From NCBI GenBank assembly GCA_002633005.1, contig NMRA01000017.1, positions 858,157 to 922,156 of the forward strand: 64,000 nt of DNA, in the 5' to 3' direction. The notes beneath the pieces are model-generated. The model was given only the letters and a program-made list of their open reading frames with translations, was not told where the DNA came from and searched no databases. The DNA is from Phoronis australis (lineage: Eukaryota; Animalia; Phoronida). A program made the translations under genes and the position numbers. Shown here piece by piece: positions 34,301 through 46,700 of this stretch (within the stretch, counting starts at the first letter, position 1; each line of letters begins with the position of its first letter).

Positions 34301-37300
34301 TGAATTGGTGTATTCCGAAAGAATAGAGTGTCGTAACTTCAGTTGCAGTTGGGCAAATTTGGCGATTCAAAAACTAAACATGATCACCATTTGACAAACA
34401 TTTCAGAAATGCTATATAATTGGTTTATGTTCAAGAATGTTATAACTTAACTTTTATTTTTAACAGCACAGCCCAGTCAGGGTAGATAGGATCTTATTGG
34501 AGATTAGAGCAATTATCGGACAAAAGAGAGCTGGCCCTCAAACCATAAATGCCAGACTGGAGTTAATCAGTCGTGTAAGATATTGGATACAGGGGTAAAC
34601 TTCCCAACTTGTTGCTGGGCTATAGAATCGAACAAGTTGGGAGCAACGAGAAAACACCATAATGGAGAGTCCAATGTAGCTGGGTAATTACCTCAATGTG
34701 AGAATTCACCCCAGCTAACTTGATGTATATCAATTTGAAGTTCACAATTTTGGTTTGACCTAATTAGCCCTGTGTGGGAATTTACTCAATACTTAGGCAA
34801 AGCGGACAAGTACACAGTTAAGGGAACAGTTGGGATATCATGTGACTTAGATAATGACAACAACATTCAGTAATAACAACACAAATATAAAAAAGTTAGA
34901 GCACATTAACGACTATTCCAGTTAAACCAAGTCACTTCCAACTTCAATGACATTATATATAGTTGAGTTAGAGGGTGAAGTTTCATCACCAAAAATCTGT
35001 TACATTAAAGCCAATTAACAATAACATGCTGAGCCAATGAGGAATTTCATCTTGTATATCAACAAGAAGTACAGAGCGACATGTCAGGATTTAGCAAACA
35101 AAAGGAATGTCAAGGAAATTTTGGTACACTACAAATCATTGCTAGTATTAATTGCTTCACTATATTTGGAACATCAAATGAATTTTATGAAGTTTCATTC
35201 CAAAAATCATTCTTGAAGATATCAAGTGTCACTGGCCTCCTAAGTTTTTGGAAACAATTTTAGTATGCATAAGGTCCTAAAAGGACATTTGGGTTATTTT
35301 CAAATGTCATTGACAAAACAAATAGAAGAGTGTAATTCACAAACTGCCCAGACATAGGGGTTTGTGCTTCACGCCGTTTAGGTCTATAACTCTTTCGCTA
35401 CTGATAAAAATATCCAGATACATAGATAGTGACTGAGGTAAGAACAGGTCACACTGTAGTGACCAGTAGAAACTGCAGACTGAAGTGAACTTTGCCTTGA
35501 GTGATATAATCCTTTATATAACTGATTCAGAAAAGGAGTATATGACACAAAGTTAGTTACTGGTCTGGCGACTTTTTAAAATTGTCTGATGCAGAATTGA
35601 AATTTTAGTAGCTATTCCATTGAAAAAGTTTCCATTTTTTAAATGCAGAGTGTTTATTCATTAGGTTTTAAACACTGACTTAGCTTATATCAGCTTGGAC
35701 TTTAAAAACTTTTTGAAAACTTAAAACATAGACTGAGGAATCAGTGCAGCTTAGAGTGATAAGTGTCCGCTTCCTTTATCCAAGGTTGTGGGTTTCAGTC
35801 TCACTGAGGCACACTGATGTACCCTTGAGTCAGGTCTTTAGCTCCTCAGCTCAGTTTTAACTAAATATTAATAGAGCATAAAAATGGGTCCAGGTGATCA
35901 GTGCAGTGGGCCCACGTGAGAGGCCTGCGCACGTCTGGTACATGTACCAGATGAGTCCGCCTGCAATTAGTTTTTATAAAACATCTTATTTAACACCTCC
36001 ACCTAATGATTCATTCCCTAACAAATTAAAATTGACAAAATATTTCTAGTACCCAGCTGAATGTCAAAAGATAAAAATAAATCAGTCAGTCGGTTGATAA
36101 ATATACATATCAGCTGATGGCTAACTGATAAATTTATAGGCCAGAGGAACAGAAACAGATAAAGCAGTGGGGTATACACCTCTGATGTCTTGAATCAGTC
36201 TTAAGATTCAGTAGTAGACCCAGACAACAGTGTGGGGAAAAAATAAACAAGAGTGAGAATGTATTGTGAAACTGGAGTCTAACAAGAAAATGCCCTTACA
36301 TCAAATGAAACCATTCCAGGAAACCTGTTTGGAATAAATTTCAATTTTGATATTTTTTGCTACCGCAAAGACAGTCTTCAATCAACAATCAATCTTACTT
36401 TTTCAATGATATTTTGGTCAAGAGAAACAATGATATATAACCACCTACTTACTTGCAGAAGTGACCACTGCCACACACTGTGCATATGCTCATTCCAAGC
36501 TGGTCAGCAAAGTGACCAGTAGGACAGGGTGCACATTTACTGGAATTTTCCTGGCCAGCTATGGAACCTGCAATTAGCGAGTTAAATTTGAGCAATCATC
36601 CGTGTTTCCTACTTAACTCTGGTATAGTACAAACTATCATAAACAGGGATAATGAAAATATTGTGTGTTGTCTTGTTTCTACGCCTATAACGGCCAAAAC
36701 GGAAACATTATTCTTGCAATACAAGACATTGAACAGAGCCCTTGGTGGAAGTACCGTGCTTTCGTTTCCTTATTACAGCATTTGTTTGACAGTGTATTAA
36801 GGATATCTCAAACCTTAAAAAAGGTGTTTACATAAAAATAATGACGGAACATAAATATAAAGCATATTTTTCTAATATCTGATCTTTCAGAAGATATACA
36901 CGTTTATTAGACACATGTATGAGTTAGAATGAAAGTCACTAAATAAGGTTGAAGGTAACCTTAGAAGCATCTAAAACACCTTGAGAAAATGATAATTACC
37001 TTTGGCACACAATGAACACCTTAGACTTCCACTAACGTTAGTGAACTGTCCTTTATCACAAGGCACACACTGCTTGCTACCAGTGGTGTTGCTATAGTAA
37101 CCGGGGGTACATGGAGTGCATCCTATACTTCCAGTGTCATGGGCAAAAGAACCTGGGTCACATGACTTGCACGTGATGGAAGCAGGCTCATTTGCATAGC
37201 TGCCTGCTGAACAAGGTTTGCACACAGAACTTGCACTCGTGTTTGCGTAAGTCCCAGGGTCACATGACCTGCAAGCAACACTTCCGGGATCCTTAGCGTA

Positions 37301-40285
37301 ATGTCCCTCCTCGCACGGTGTACACTGTGAGCTGCCACTGGCAGCACTGGACTGGCCAGGTTCACATGGCAGGCAGTATGAACTTCCCTTTGAACCTGCA
37401 TAATGCCCAGGCACACATTCCTGACACGTGGTGCCACCTGTGTGATTGACAAAATGTCCTTCGCCACATGCAGTACAAGTGACTGTTCCTGAGATACTGA
37501 AATATAAAACAAGTTAGAATAATGAAATAACTACATACTACACAATTGACAATTTAAGATTCAGTTCCTTCAAAATGAGATATGAAAACCTGTCAAAAGA
37601 TATAAAATGAACATTTGAGTTTCATACAGACGGTACATTCTCTAGAACAGATATTTGAGCATTATTCTAAAGTCAAACACAAATTAATATCTTTTGCAAA
37701 ATTTGAAAATGGATGAGCATAGACATATGAACAACACGTCACAAAATTAAGACATATGAGAAACAAGCATATGGAGAACTATTTCTTCGAATATCAACTT
37801 TGAGGTTGTCAAATTCAAATTTGGACAATCATTAGTCACCACAACATGGCATATGGACTACACCCAACTTGAAACCCGATCATGGCTGATGCATTCTGGG
37901 TACACTTACTTATTTTTTCAAGATTGATGTCCGTATTGGTCTAATACAGAAACTCATAGAAAAAAAAGAATAAATATTACTTAAACAAAAATGGGTCACT
38001 GAAATTTTTGGAAACAGAAACAGAAATAAAGTAAAATCAAACACATATCAGATGTCAATTGTCATATGAGTGTTTGATTTTACTATTATTTCTGTTTCTG
38101 TTGACGAAGGATATTATTATATCCGAACATTTCAGTGATCCATTATTGTTGTTTTATGTATTTTCATTCTACTTTTCGATACACAAGTGTATCCTTTAGA
38201 GGATCTGGATCGCCTCTCTTGTTTCGGATATATTTTCCACGTTATACAAAAAAAAAAACACAAAAGTGACAAAGTCTTTGGAGTGAAAGTGAATAATTTT
38301 ATGTTTACTTTGTGAAGTAGCCAGCTGCACACTCCTTACAGCTTGACTGGCCTGGATTGTCCTGGAAATGACCAGTTGGACAAGGGGTACAAAAGATCAA
38401 GGGTGAGCACGCACCAGACTTGTTTCCCACCCGGTAGCAACAGGCACAGCTCTCCTTGGCTAAAAAAATCGAAACATGAATTACACACCAAACTAATGTG
38501 GTAATGGGGAACCAAAAATTCTTGGCTTTTGTACATCGTTATGCAAAATTAACATCTGTATTTTTGTGCGAGGTAATACACACAGACTTCCAGACTCTTT
38601 CAGCAAAATCAGACTAGTCTTTATAACATTTAAGGACTGGATTGCCAACAAAAATGTGCACACAATCTGAGTCATTCGTCCAACTCTAATCTGGGCTCAG
38701 TGACATCTAGTGGAGAAACATCATGACAGTTGCTTCAGTCATGACACACAACAAGCCGTTCTTATTAGTCAGACCACAAAAAAGGAGTTTTTCACTAACT
38801 CTGACATACTTATGATCAAAGCCTTCTACATCCCAATTACCTGAGTCTGCATAATGACCAACTGTGCAGGTATCACATAACGAAATATTGACCGTTGAAC
38901 AGTTGTCAGATGACAGGTAGCTACCTTGTACCTTGCTTGTGCTTAGAGAGATGGCAAATAGCAAACCTGAAATATGCAAGACAAATGTTAACAAAATGTT
39001 AAAAAGACACCATGCAACTATTAACCATAACTTGACTTTCATTGATTTCACTATAAACCATGTTTTCATTAAAAAATTCAATTTTCTTCACAAACGTATT
39101 AACTAGTACTCTTCCAAAGCGATGTCATTGCATTTTTATCCTTTCCATGAAATGAATAACAGTAGGAATTTGGAATTTCGAGGCACAAAGATGTTGATTC
39201 AAAGTCAGGCAAACTCTAACACCAAACAATAACCAGGTAACAGCCAGGCTAAAAAAGGCAGAGAACGGGCTGACTGTCACAAAAAGTAGTCACCTGCTTC
39301 TTAAAGGAGAATGCCACCCAATTTAATTAGTCTTTTTACCATCTTAATCGGTCTATATCCACATCGCCTCGCATACGATCGACCTTACCTTGCCGAGAGG
39401 TGTCGCGTTAACCTGTGAGAAACGACGCAGTGACGTCAGTGGTCCATTTGCAAAGTGAATGCCGCTATGTTGTGGTGCATCGTTCCCACTTGTCCGAACC
39501 TACGCAGCTGCGAGGAAAGCGGGTACATTGTTTTTTCGACTTGCTCGAGAGTCCGAAATGCTTAGGAAGTGGTTCGGGGTAGTGAAGAATGAAAAGTACG
39601 CTGTTAATCGGGTTCCAAGCCACTGGCTGGGATAACAAGCGTTTTGCGTGTTTAGAACTCAAAAATTCAAGTCTAAACAAGACAGATCTAGGTTCTCCTG
39701 TCTGTATTATACGGAAGAATTCTTTGAATTTATATCCGAACAGACCCCAAACTTCTGCTACGGACCTTGGTAAATTGGCCCGTCGAACTTTTTAGGCTAC
39801 GGTGTGTCCAAATACCAACAAATCCGTAACAGCAAAATAAAACAACACGTTTTTAAAAGAACTTGGTGTATTTTTAAGGGTTTTACATCGAAGTTTGATG
39901 ATTTATTGGTGTTAAACAATGAATTTCAAGTGATAAGCTGACACAAGGAACCCGTGTTGTGAACTGCTCAACAGACTGCGTGTGAAACCAATGATGTAAT
40001 TGGATAACTTCAACACCTCCGTCTGCCGTCAGGTAACGCAACCGAATGTGCCGCTACCGAGTAGAACTACTCGATCTAAATTGATACAAAATAAGGTGTT
40101 TTTTGGGTGGCATGCTCCTTTGAGCCTGGTTACGCCTAAGCTGAAGTCAACTAAATCTAACTTCTAATCTAAGGTCAAAGTCTGACTCTAAGGTTACTAA
40201 GCAGCTAAGGGAATGAAAAGTCACAAAAAGATACTTCACCTGAATGAATGAGAGACAAAAGTAAAAGCTTCTTCTTTAACGTCAT
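28326..40285 (-). CDS. Uncharacterised type I membrane protein with tandem cysteine-rich (GCC2/GCC3, ephrin-receptor-like) repeats, 12 exons, 581 aa
   Basis: Exons (minus strand) 40285-40240, 38966-38841, 38459-38309, 37496-37000, 36567-36453, 33907-33819, 33216-33153, 32495-32461, 32182-32077, 31491-31287, 29845-29683, 28474-28326. All GT-AG with matching phases; total 1746 nt. Signal peptide MTLKKKLLLLSLIHSGLLFAISLS; tandem repeats of about 17 aa, CxxCxxG(Y/F/H)...G; TM segment VFYVLVGGCSFAFVLLVIISGW; tail NLRKCYRRAEERKNTSASEALLSSHSQSHKSNVVYGGY*. Confidence 0.88.
29055..29621. mobile_element. PIF/Harbinger (Tourist-like) MITE
   Basis: 40-bp TIRs GGGCTGTTCCAG(C/T)AAAATCTGT(G/A)TGGGAGGGGGGAAGGCA with 2 mismatches. 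3-bp TSD TTA at 29052-29054 and 29622-29624. Confidence 0.88.
30121..30156. repeat. 36-bp near-perfect palindrome
   Basis: taaggtggcatacgac-ttaa-gtcgtctgccacctta; self-complementary except for one pair. Confidence 0.85.
30331..30484. repeat. Perfect 77-bp tandem duplication
   Basis: 30331-30407 is identical to 30408-30484 (acacacttttgaagg...tttgtgtgattg). Confidence 0.92.
35733..35950 (+). mobile_element. tRNA-derived SINE with CORE-like domain, copy 2 (more degenerate)
   Basis: Aligns with the reverse complement of 6547-6755: gtgataagtgtccgcttccttta, caaggttgtgggt, cccttgagtcagg, agctcctcagctc, gcataaaaatgg, tgcgcacgtctggtaca. Confidence 0.75.
39305..40119. mobile_element. Non-autonomous Kolobok-like DNA transposon in intron 1 of the Cys-rich gene
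   Basis: TIRs AGGAG(A/C)ATGCCACCCAA. Flanked by TTAA (39301-39304) and TTGA (40120-40123, one mismatch). RR termini plus a TTAA target are the Kolobok signature. Confidence 0.75.
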
Positions 40286-40405
40286 GACCTCTGGTATTTA
40301 TCGTCATTCTCAGCAAATACACACGAATACAAATCCGTGAGGTTGATCACATAACAATTATTCAGAAGTCACAAGACGGGACTTGTGAATACAATCTATT
40401 TGTAT

Positions 40406-40429
40406 GTCACATGACAGCAGTCACGTGAC
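40406..40429. promoter_or_regulatory. Tandem CLEAR/E-box motifs GTCACATGAC and GTCACGTGAC in the 433-bp divergent intergenic region
   Basis: GTCACATGAC at 40406-40415 and the perfect palindrome GTCACGTGAC at 40420-40429, about 120-145 bp upstream of the minus-strand ATG at 40285. GTCACGTGAC is the MiT/TFE (TFEB) CLEAR consensus and is also bound by USF. Confidence 0.65.
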
Positions 40430-40718
40430 GCTTTATTTTGAAAATGCAGATATCAAAAATGTGAAAAGAAAGAGTTTTTGCAGTTAGATGATTTCGATAT
40501 TATATTTCATTTGAAAACGAGTTATATTCTTGGTAAAAATGTTTATAATGGAAATTATATTTTTATTGAAATAATTTCTGATATTGGAGGTAGGAAACGT
40601 TTTATCATGCATGCGCACAAGGGTTTCATTGCTCTTTCAAAAGTTTTGTTTTCCTGTAGCTGTGTGCCGTTTGGCACGGGTGTGAGCTGTTTGTAATGTT
40701 TTAGGCCATTCTGCCAAA

Positions 40719-43700
40719 ATGGACGCGACAAACGGACTATTATCGGCCCTGGTGCAGACAAAAACCATTCAACAAATCCTTTCACCTATTGCTGCACAGG
40801 TAAACAATTCTTTCTCCAGTGAAACATTTTTCTGCTGATGCTGATTTCCATACTGTCTTACCTTGTAATAACAATATAGGTGCTCCTAAATCAAGTCTAA
40901 ACCGCTCCAGTCCTTGTGCTAGCCTTTTGTATCGGCCGCAGAAGGGCCGCTGAATATTCATGTAGTGCCCTCATTGGCCATCACCAGCACCGGGACAGCC
41001 AACGTCGGCAGTCTCCAAGACGAACAGCAGTCGTCTCTCGATGCCGACAGAGGGCGCGCGCGGCAGAAGGCCAGCGCAGCAGTGAGACAGGTCAAATAAC
41101 GTCTCACTAAAATGCTATACTGTTGTATTCCTACAGGTTCACTAGTTAGGCACAAGAGTACTTACTTTTGAGAATGGTTAAGTCTGTCGAAGTTGACGCC
41201 AAGCTGCACAAACATGGATGACGTGCCGGTTCTTCGTGAAAAAACCCATCCGAAAGTGGCGCCAACGACTTATATAAGGCACATACAGGGAACACATAAA
41301 ATCAGACCAATCACAAGACGCCACAGGAAAAATAAAGGGCCAAGGATGTTGCCGATTACAACAATACCAATGCAACTTCCAATGTCAAGGACCTAAGGCT
41401 TTGGTTTGTCTACCTTGGCAAGGTAGACAGTGACTAGGCAATTACATCGCCCTGGATGCCGCTTGAGTTTCTCTCACCGGGTGCCAGGCTTGTTAATGAA
41501 CAAAAAGTCCAAGGGACACAAAACTCTTAAATTCCACCTGATATCTTCCAATGCTATTTTGCAAGTGTCACGCGCCAAGTCACGCGCTTCGCTCAGTCTC
41601 GTGCTAGCCTTTGCCTAACTCGCGTGACTCAGTTGAAATATTTTGTGGTTATCGCGCACGTGGTGAAAAAATTAACGGTGGCAGGGCTCGACGCTATTAA
41701 AATCGCCAGGTCACATTTTGCAACCTACCCAAAATCCCAGGTCGCATTTTCAAAATCCAGCTCGCATTTGTAAATGCCAGGTCNNNNNNNNNNNNNNNNN
41801 NNNNNNNNNNNNNNNNNNNNNNNNNNNNNNNNNNNNNNNNNNNNNNNNNNNNNNNNNNNNNNNNNNNNNNNNNNNNNNNNNNNNNNNNNNNNNNNNNNNN
41901 NNNNNNNNNNNNNNNNNNNNNNNNNNNNNNNNNNNNNNNNNNNNNNNNNNNNNNNTTACTGTTCTTCACGATCGCCTTGAAAGGCTCTAGAGCGCAACGA
42001 AAGTTGCTGACGTGAAAGTTGAATCAGTGCTGTCTAACTGACTCGTGCATTCTAGTAGCTAAGTTTGCGATGTGAAAAGGAGAAAATGCCCGTTGAAAAA
42101 GTATCCTGGATTTTGCTGGGTCTGACCTGCTACTGGCTGTCATCAAAGTCGTTGAAGAGTCAAACTAACTCGGAGTGCAAAGTCCCGCCACTTTGCGTTC
42201 GCATCCCAAATTTTGCAATTTAACTCGACATTTGAAAAACATCTGTCGAAAAAAAAATCTGTGAAACGATGCCCTAACCGAATGACCTATTTGGATGCGC
42301 GGGAACAATTCAGTGCAAATTTCCCAATAAAAATGTGATACTTATGCTGTTTACCTACTCAACAATTAGTTTTCCATGAAATGAATAGCCTCGAAATAAT
42401 TCCCGACTCCCTCGGTGCAGGTTTCCATCGAGTAATGGCGAGTTTGCTCCTCAATACCTTCCAAGTACGGGAAAAATAGGTCAGTCACAAAACGACACGC
42501 ATGTCCCTAGTGTTAACTTTCTTTCGGAGGTATAAAACAAAGCCGGGATTGGTTTTTACATATTGAGAAAACACGTTTTTCGAATACTGAATTTGTTGTG
42601 TAAAATGAAAGTGACACACCACATAAGCTGCGTGTCAATTTTAAACCACGCACGGTCGTTTGTAGTGCGCTATGATGGGCGCTAGCCTGAACTGTGGGCG
42701 CTTAATTGGAAATTCTCAAAATTTAAGGGGGAACTCTTAGTAGATCAGTGAGCGCTTATTATGAAACACTTCAAAGGTAGGGAATAGGTTTGTGCGTTAG
42801 CATAGTCGTTAACCTGGGTGTTTGCGGTAAAAAGATATTAAAACACTGCAATCGTAAGAAACGTTATTATACAATTTTGCGAGGCAAACTCCATCTATAG
42901 TAGGGGTGACTTTTTGGATATCGTTACCACCTACACTGTACCCTTTTTTAGCCACCCGGAATAATTTTGTTTTTAATTGCCCGTGTCAGCCGCAACAAGG
43001 TTGTTTCTATTGGAGTCTGAACATTTCACGGCGACGGTGGTTCAGGGAGCGAAATTTGTCGCGGGGGGAGGTGTATGAAGAGAAGAATAAAAAGTTCGCT
43101 AACCACAATTTCGTATCTAGTACCCGTTTTGTTGCAATAGCTGGCTACGGGCATAGAATACAGGGTTTAGAGAACATCGACCACGTGAAACATCGGAACA
43201 GGAAATATATATCGTTTCCGCGGAAAATCGTAAAGCATCGGGTCTGTTATAGCCAAGCCGGTATAATCTTTCATTTAGGAATGTAGCTGTTCTCTTTTGA
43301 TATGCAACTTTGACTAAGTGGTGCGCACGCGTGAGTTCACGCACTTGAATCGCTGGAGTAGGCCTACACTTTACGTTGGCAACAACGTATGAAAGACCAA
43401 TCATATTTCGCGCACGTAGCACCAGAAACAAGTAAAGGGTTATGAGAATTTCTTGCCCCAGTGCGATGTCAGGGATATTGTCGTTGATATTTGGTACATG
43501 TAATAAGGACATGTCGAGCGAAAAATAAACATATTTGTCCACCACAAAGTTTGGTAAGTTGATCGCTTAAGAATTAGTAGAAACAGCGCTGTTTTGTGAC
43601 GTTTTATCACGTGTTATGCAGTGGCCCGAAACTTTCTTAGGCAAATCCGGAAATTTGCAAAAGTGGCCGAAAATGTTAGCCAATGAAACGCGTCAAAGAT

Positions 43701-46700
43701 CGATTCTGCATAACCGATGTTAACGCGACTTGCTTACAAAAGGCAACAACCAAATAACAGTCGGATTAACTAGAGTTGCTTTATTTCCCAGGTATCTGAC
43801 GAGAAGTGTAAAAACTCAGTTCGCATTCCTTGGAAAATGCAGGTCGCATTTTGCGACTTAATACGAGCTGACAAAAATCTCAGCTCGCATTTCCAAATTT
43901 CAGGTCGCAAATGCGACCTGCAGCTCGTTATGTCGAGCCCTGGGTGACCAAAAAATGGAGTTGGAATTCTTCTCCAAAGTCACCTTACTTCTAGTAGATA
44001 TGCTTCATCGAAGATATGTGTAGAAGTAGAAAGGATCACTGAAGAAAGTAAGCTCATTTCTAAGTGAGTTTTGAGTGTAGAATGTATTTTTGACGAGGTG
44101 AAAACTCAAAATTGGTGGCCGGATTTGGCCTACCGCCTGTTTAAAATACATGGAACGAAATGCATACAGAAAGCAGTGTAAGTATTGTAGCCCCTAACTG
44201 GCCAACCAAGGAGCTACGTGTTGTCTAGACAGTGACCACCGTCTCTACTGGCCATAGAGACCGTGAAGCTCCTATAGGTGCGTCATGCGCCGGAAGTTTT
44301 TCGGTGAATTATGCCTCACACTGAGTAAAACATCAAAGTCTCGTTAAATGTAAGTTATAAGTACTTGTTGAGTGTTGCGCATAGAGGGACCCCTTACTAG
44401 TAGGAAGCCCTCGATGTCTTTAATGGCTTCCAACTCAAATAAATATTCCTGTAATCAAACTTTTTTCGAGTAGTTCATTGTTCAGTTGTCGGCTGTATGA
44501 TCTGACAGTGTTTAGATAGATTTAAATGGTTACTAATTGTTATTCCAGGTTTCACAGCTGATTATTATAAACGAAGCGTATGAAAGCGGCCAGTCGTCGG
44601 CTTTCAACAGTGATGTTTTGAAGTCGGCTGAGAATGTAGCTGGGGCTTCGGAGGAGTTGGTCAATGCTGCCTTAAGACTGTGCACATCAACTGAAGACCA
44701 GGTAAGATGAAGTACTGCTGGCTCAGGATTACTTGTCGTTTCGTCTGTTCCCAGCTTCTGTTTTCACAATCAGTCCAGTGGCAGCAGCAGTAACTGCCAC
44801 TGATGTGGTTTAATTGTATATTCTGGACTTAAGCCAATGCTTGTATGACTTTTTAGCGGGAAGAGTCATGTTTTAACACATATCTACGATGAGGATTTGT
44901 CATAAAGCAGCTGTACATGAAAAATCAGTTCAGAGCTGAAAGGAGATTCTGTGCTCTTTGTTCCTGGTTAAAAGTGTTTTGGACCATTTAGGCCTCTTAA
45001 TTTCATAGAGAGATTCTGACTTTATCGAAGAATGTGACTGTGAGGACTTCACGTGTAGTGTTGCAGTCAATGTCAGTATTGTAAATTTGACTGTGGGGGG
45101 TTCAGAATGTACTAGTAGGCATGATAGCTTACAACACTCAAGAATCCTGTTAACAGCACTGCTCCTTAGTGCCACCTGGTGGAATTGGCATCAGAAATGT
45201 AAAACAAAGTTACCACTCTCCAGGGCTTTATCTAGGATTTTGAAAATGGGTGTCCAAAATGGGGTTCCCAATATTCCAGGGCCTCCATGATTCCAATGAC
45301 GCATTACCCCCACTCCCCACTACCATTCACCAGTAACCCCTCCCCCGCACACAGAGAGGTTTTTTTACAAAAAATGCATTGAACAAGGCTTTTACATGTA
45401 AGTTTACAAAAACAGCCCTCTTGTAGTCATCTTTTTACTTCAAAAACTGTGTGGATCAAGACTTTTATGTCCAAATTTACGAAAACAGCCAAATTCAAAG
45501 CTAACCAAACAGGTTACAGATATTACAGATTTTGGTTGAACGATGAGTGCAAATTGTTGTTAAAAAGTTTATCATATCTTAACTAGTTTTATATTATGTA
45601 CAATAAGTCATCAAAACTGCAGTTACCATTTCAAGAAAAATGCACAGTTGATGCCAAGATGTCTATGGCAGAGACACTCTGGCAACCAAATGTGCTTATG
45701 ATTGACAGGTCTACTAAATACTTTGAAAATAGTTTGAACATTGTAACATTTTACATACATTTTATATACATTGTATATTTATTTCTGAGTTGAAAGGCCC
45801 AACTTCTCTCTTTCATTAACTGAGGTGTCCTAGTAATCTTACAATGAGGGTGTCCAAGGGAGAAATTCTGATTGACAGGGCATCCAAATGATACAATGGG
45901 CGTCCTTGCCAAGGCATTCAGATTAGTGCTGTGGCGTCCAAATGGACGCCCAGGACGTACGCTGCATGAAGGCCTGCCACTCTCCAATGCCGCAGCTTTG
46001 TTGTGCTCTGTAGAAAGGACTGTCTATTTCAAGTTCTTCAGTCTGATGGCTTGAAAATGTATCTTAGGAACTGCGGTCTCGGATGCCTGATGCTTGCGAC
46101 CTGCTGAGTGCAGCCGGACAACATCTGGTAATGGCTACTCAGAGAGTGGTGATGGAGCCACACCGAACTGAGGTCAGGCGGAACGTGGTGCGGCGGGCCA
46201 AGGAAGTGCTGGAAGGAACTATGAAGGTACAAACCAACAGCATTTAACGATTGCCAAGGAGGGTTCGGGAATTAAGATTCATAGTTACTGGATCGGATAA
46301 TGTAATCAGAACTGTGTGGTGTGTCCAAATGGAGAAATTGGGATCAGTTTGGATATGGTTAATATTCTAATTCAAAAGTAGTAACTGTTGTAGTTGTACC
46401 TTTTTGGGAGGAGGGTTGGTGTTTGCTGTTGGTTTTAAAAGCTGGACTTCTTTTAGGTTCTATTGGTCACAGATGAAGCAGAGGTGCGCAAGATCGTTCG
46501 AACTGCCCACTTTTTGATTGACAGAGTGACTCTTTTAGAATCTGTGAAGACAATGCAAGCGTTAGTGCCATGTTTTAAGGTAGGTATTATTTTTAATAAA
46601 TCGGTTCAAAAGTTAATTCTTCAAATCATGATACTTTTAAATACTTTTCAGTAAAGATCCATCATATTCTTTTGACGGTTCTAATTTGGCTGCTTGCCAA

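Noticed and set aside
41193-41396. 67-aa ORF near the start of the VIN gene, as a candidate first exon
   Set aside because: The true first coding exon (40719-40799) carries the conserved TKTI..ILxPIA.Q motif and a GT donor; this ORF has no family similarity.
41697-41990. ORFs containing long X runs (also 50321-51032)
   Set aside because: Artefacts of N gaps.
42906-43545. 126-aa and 142-aa ORFs inside the hAT-like element, as possible transposase
   Set aside because: No recognisable DDE, BED-finger or dimerisation motifs; they overlap on opposite strands and are probably chance ORFs.
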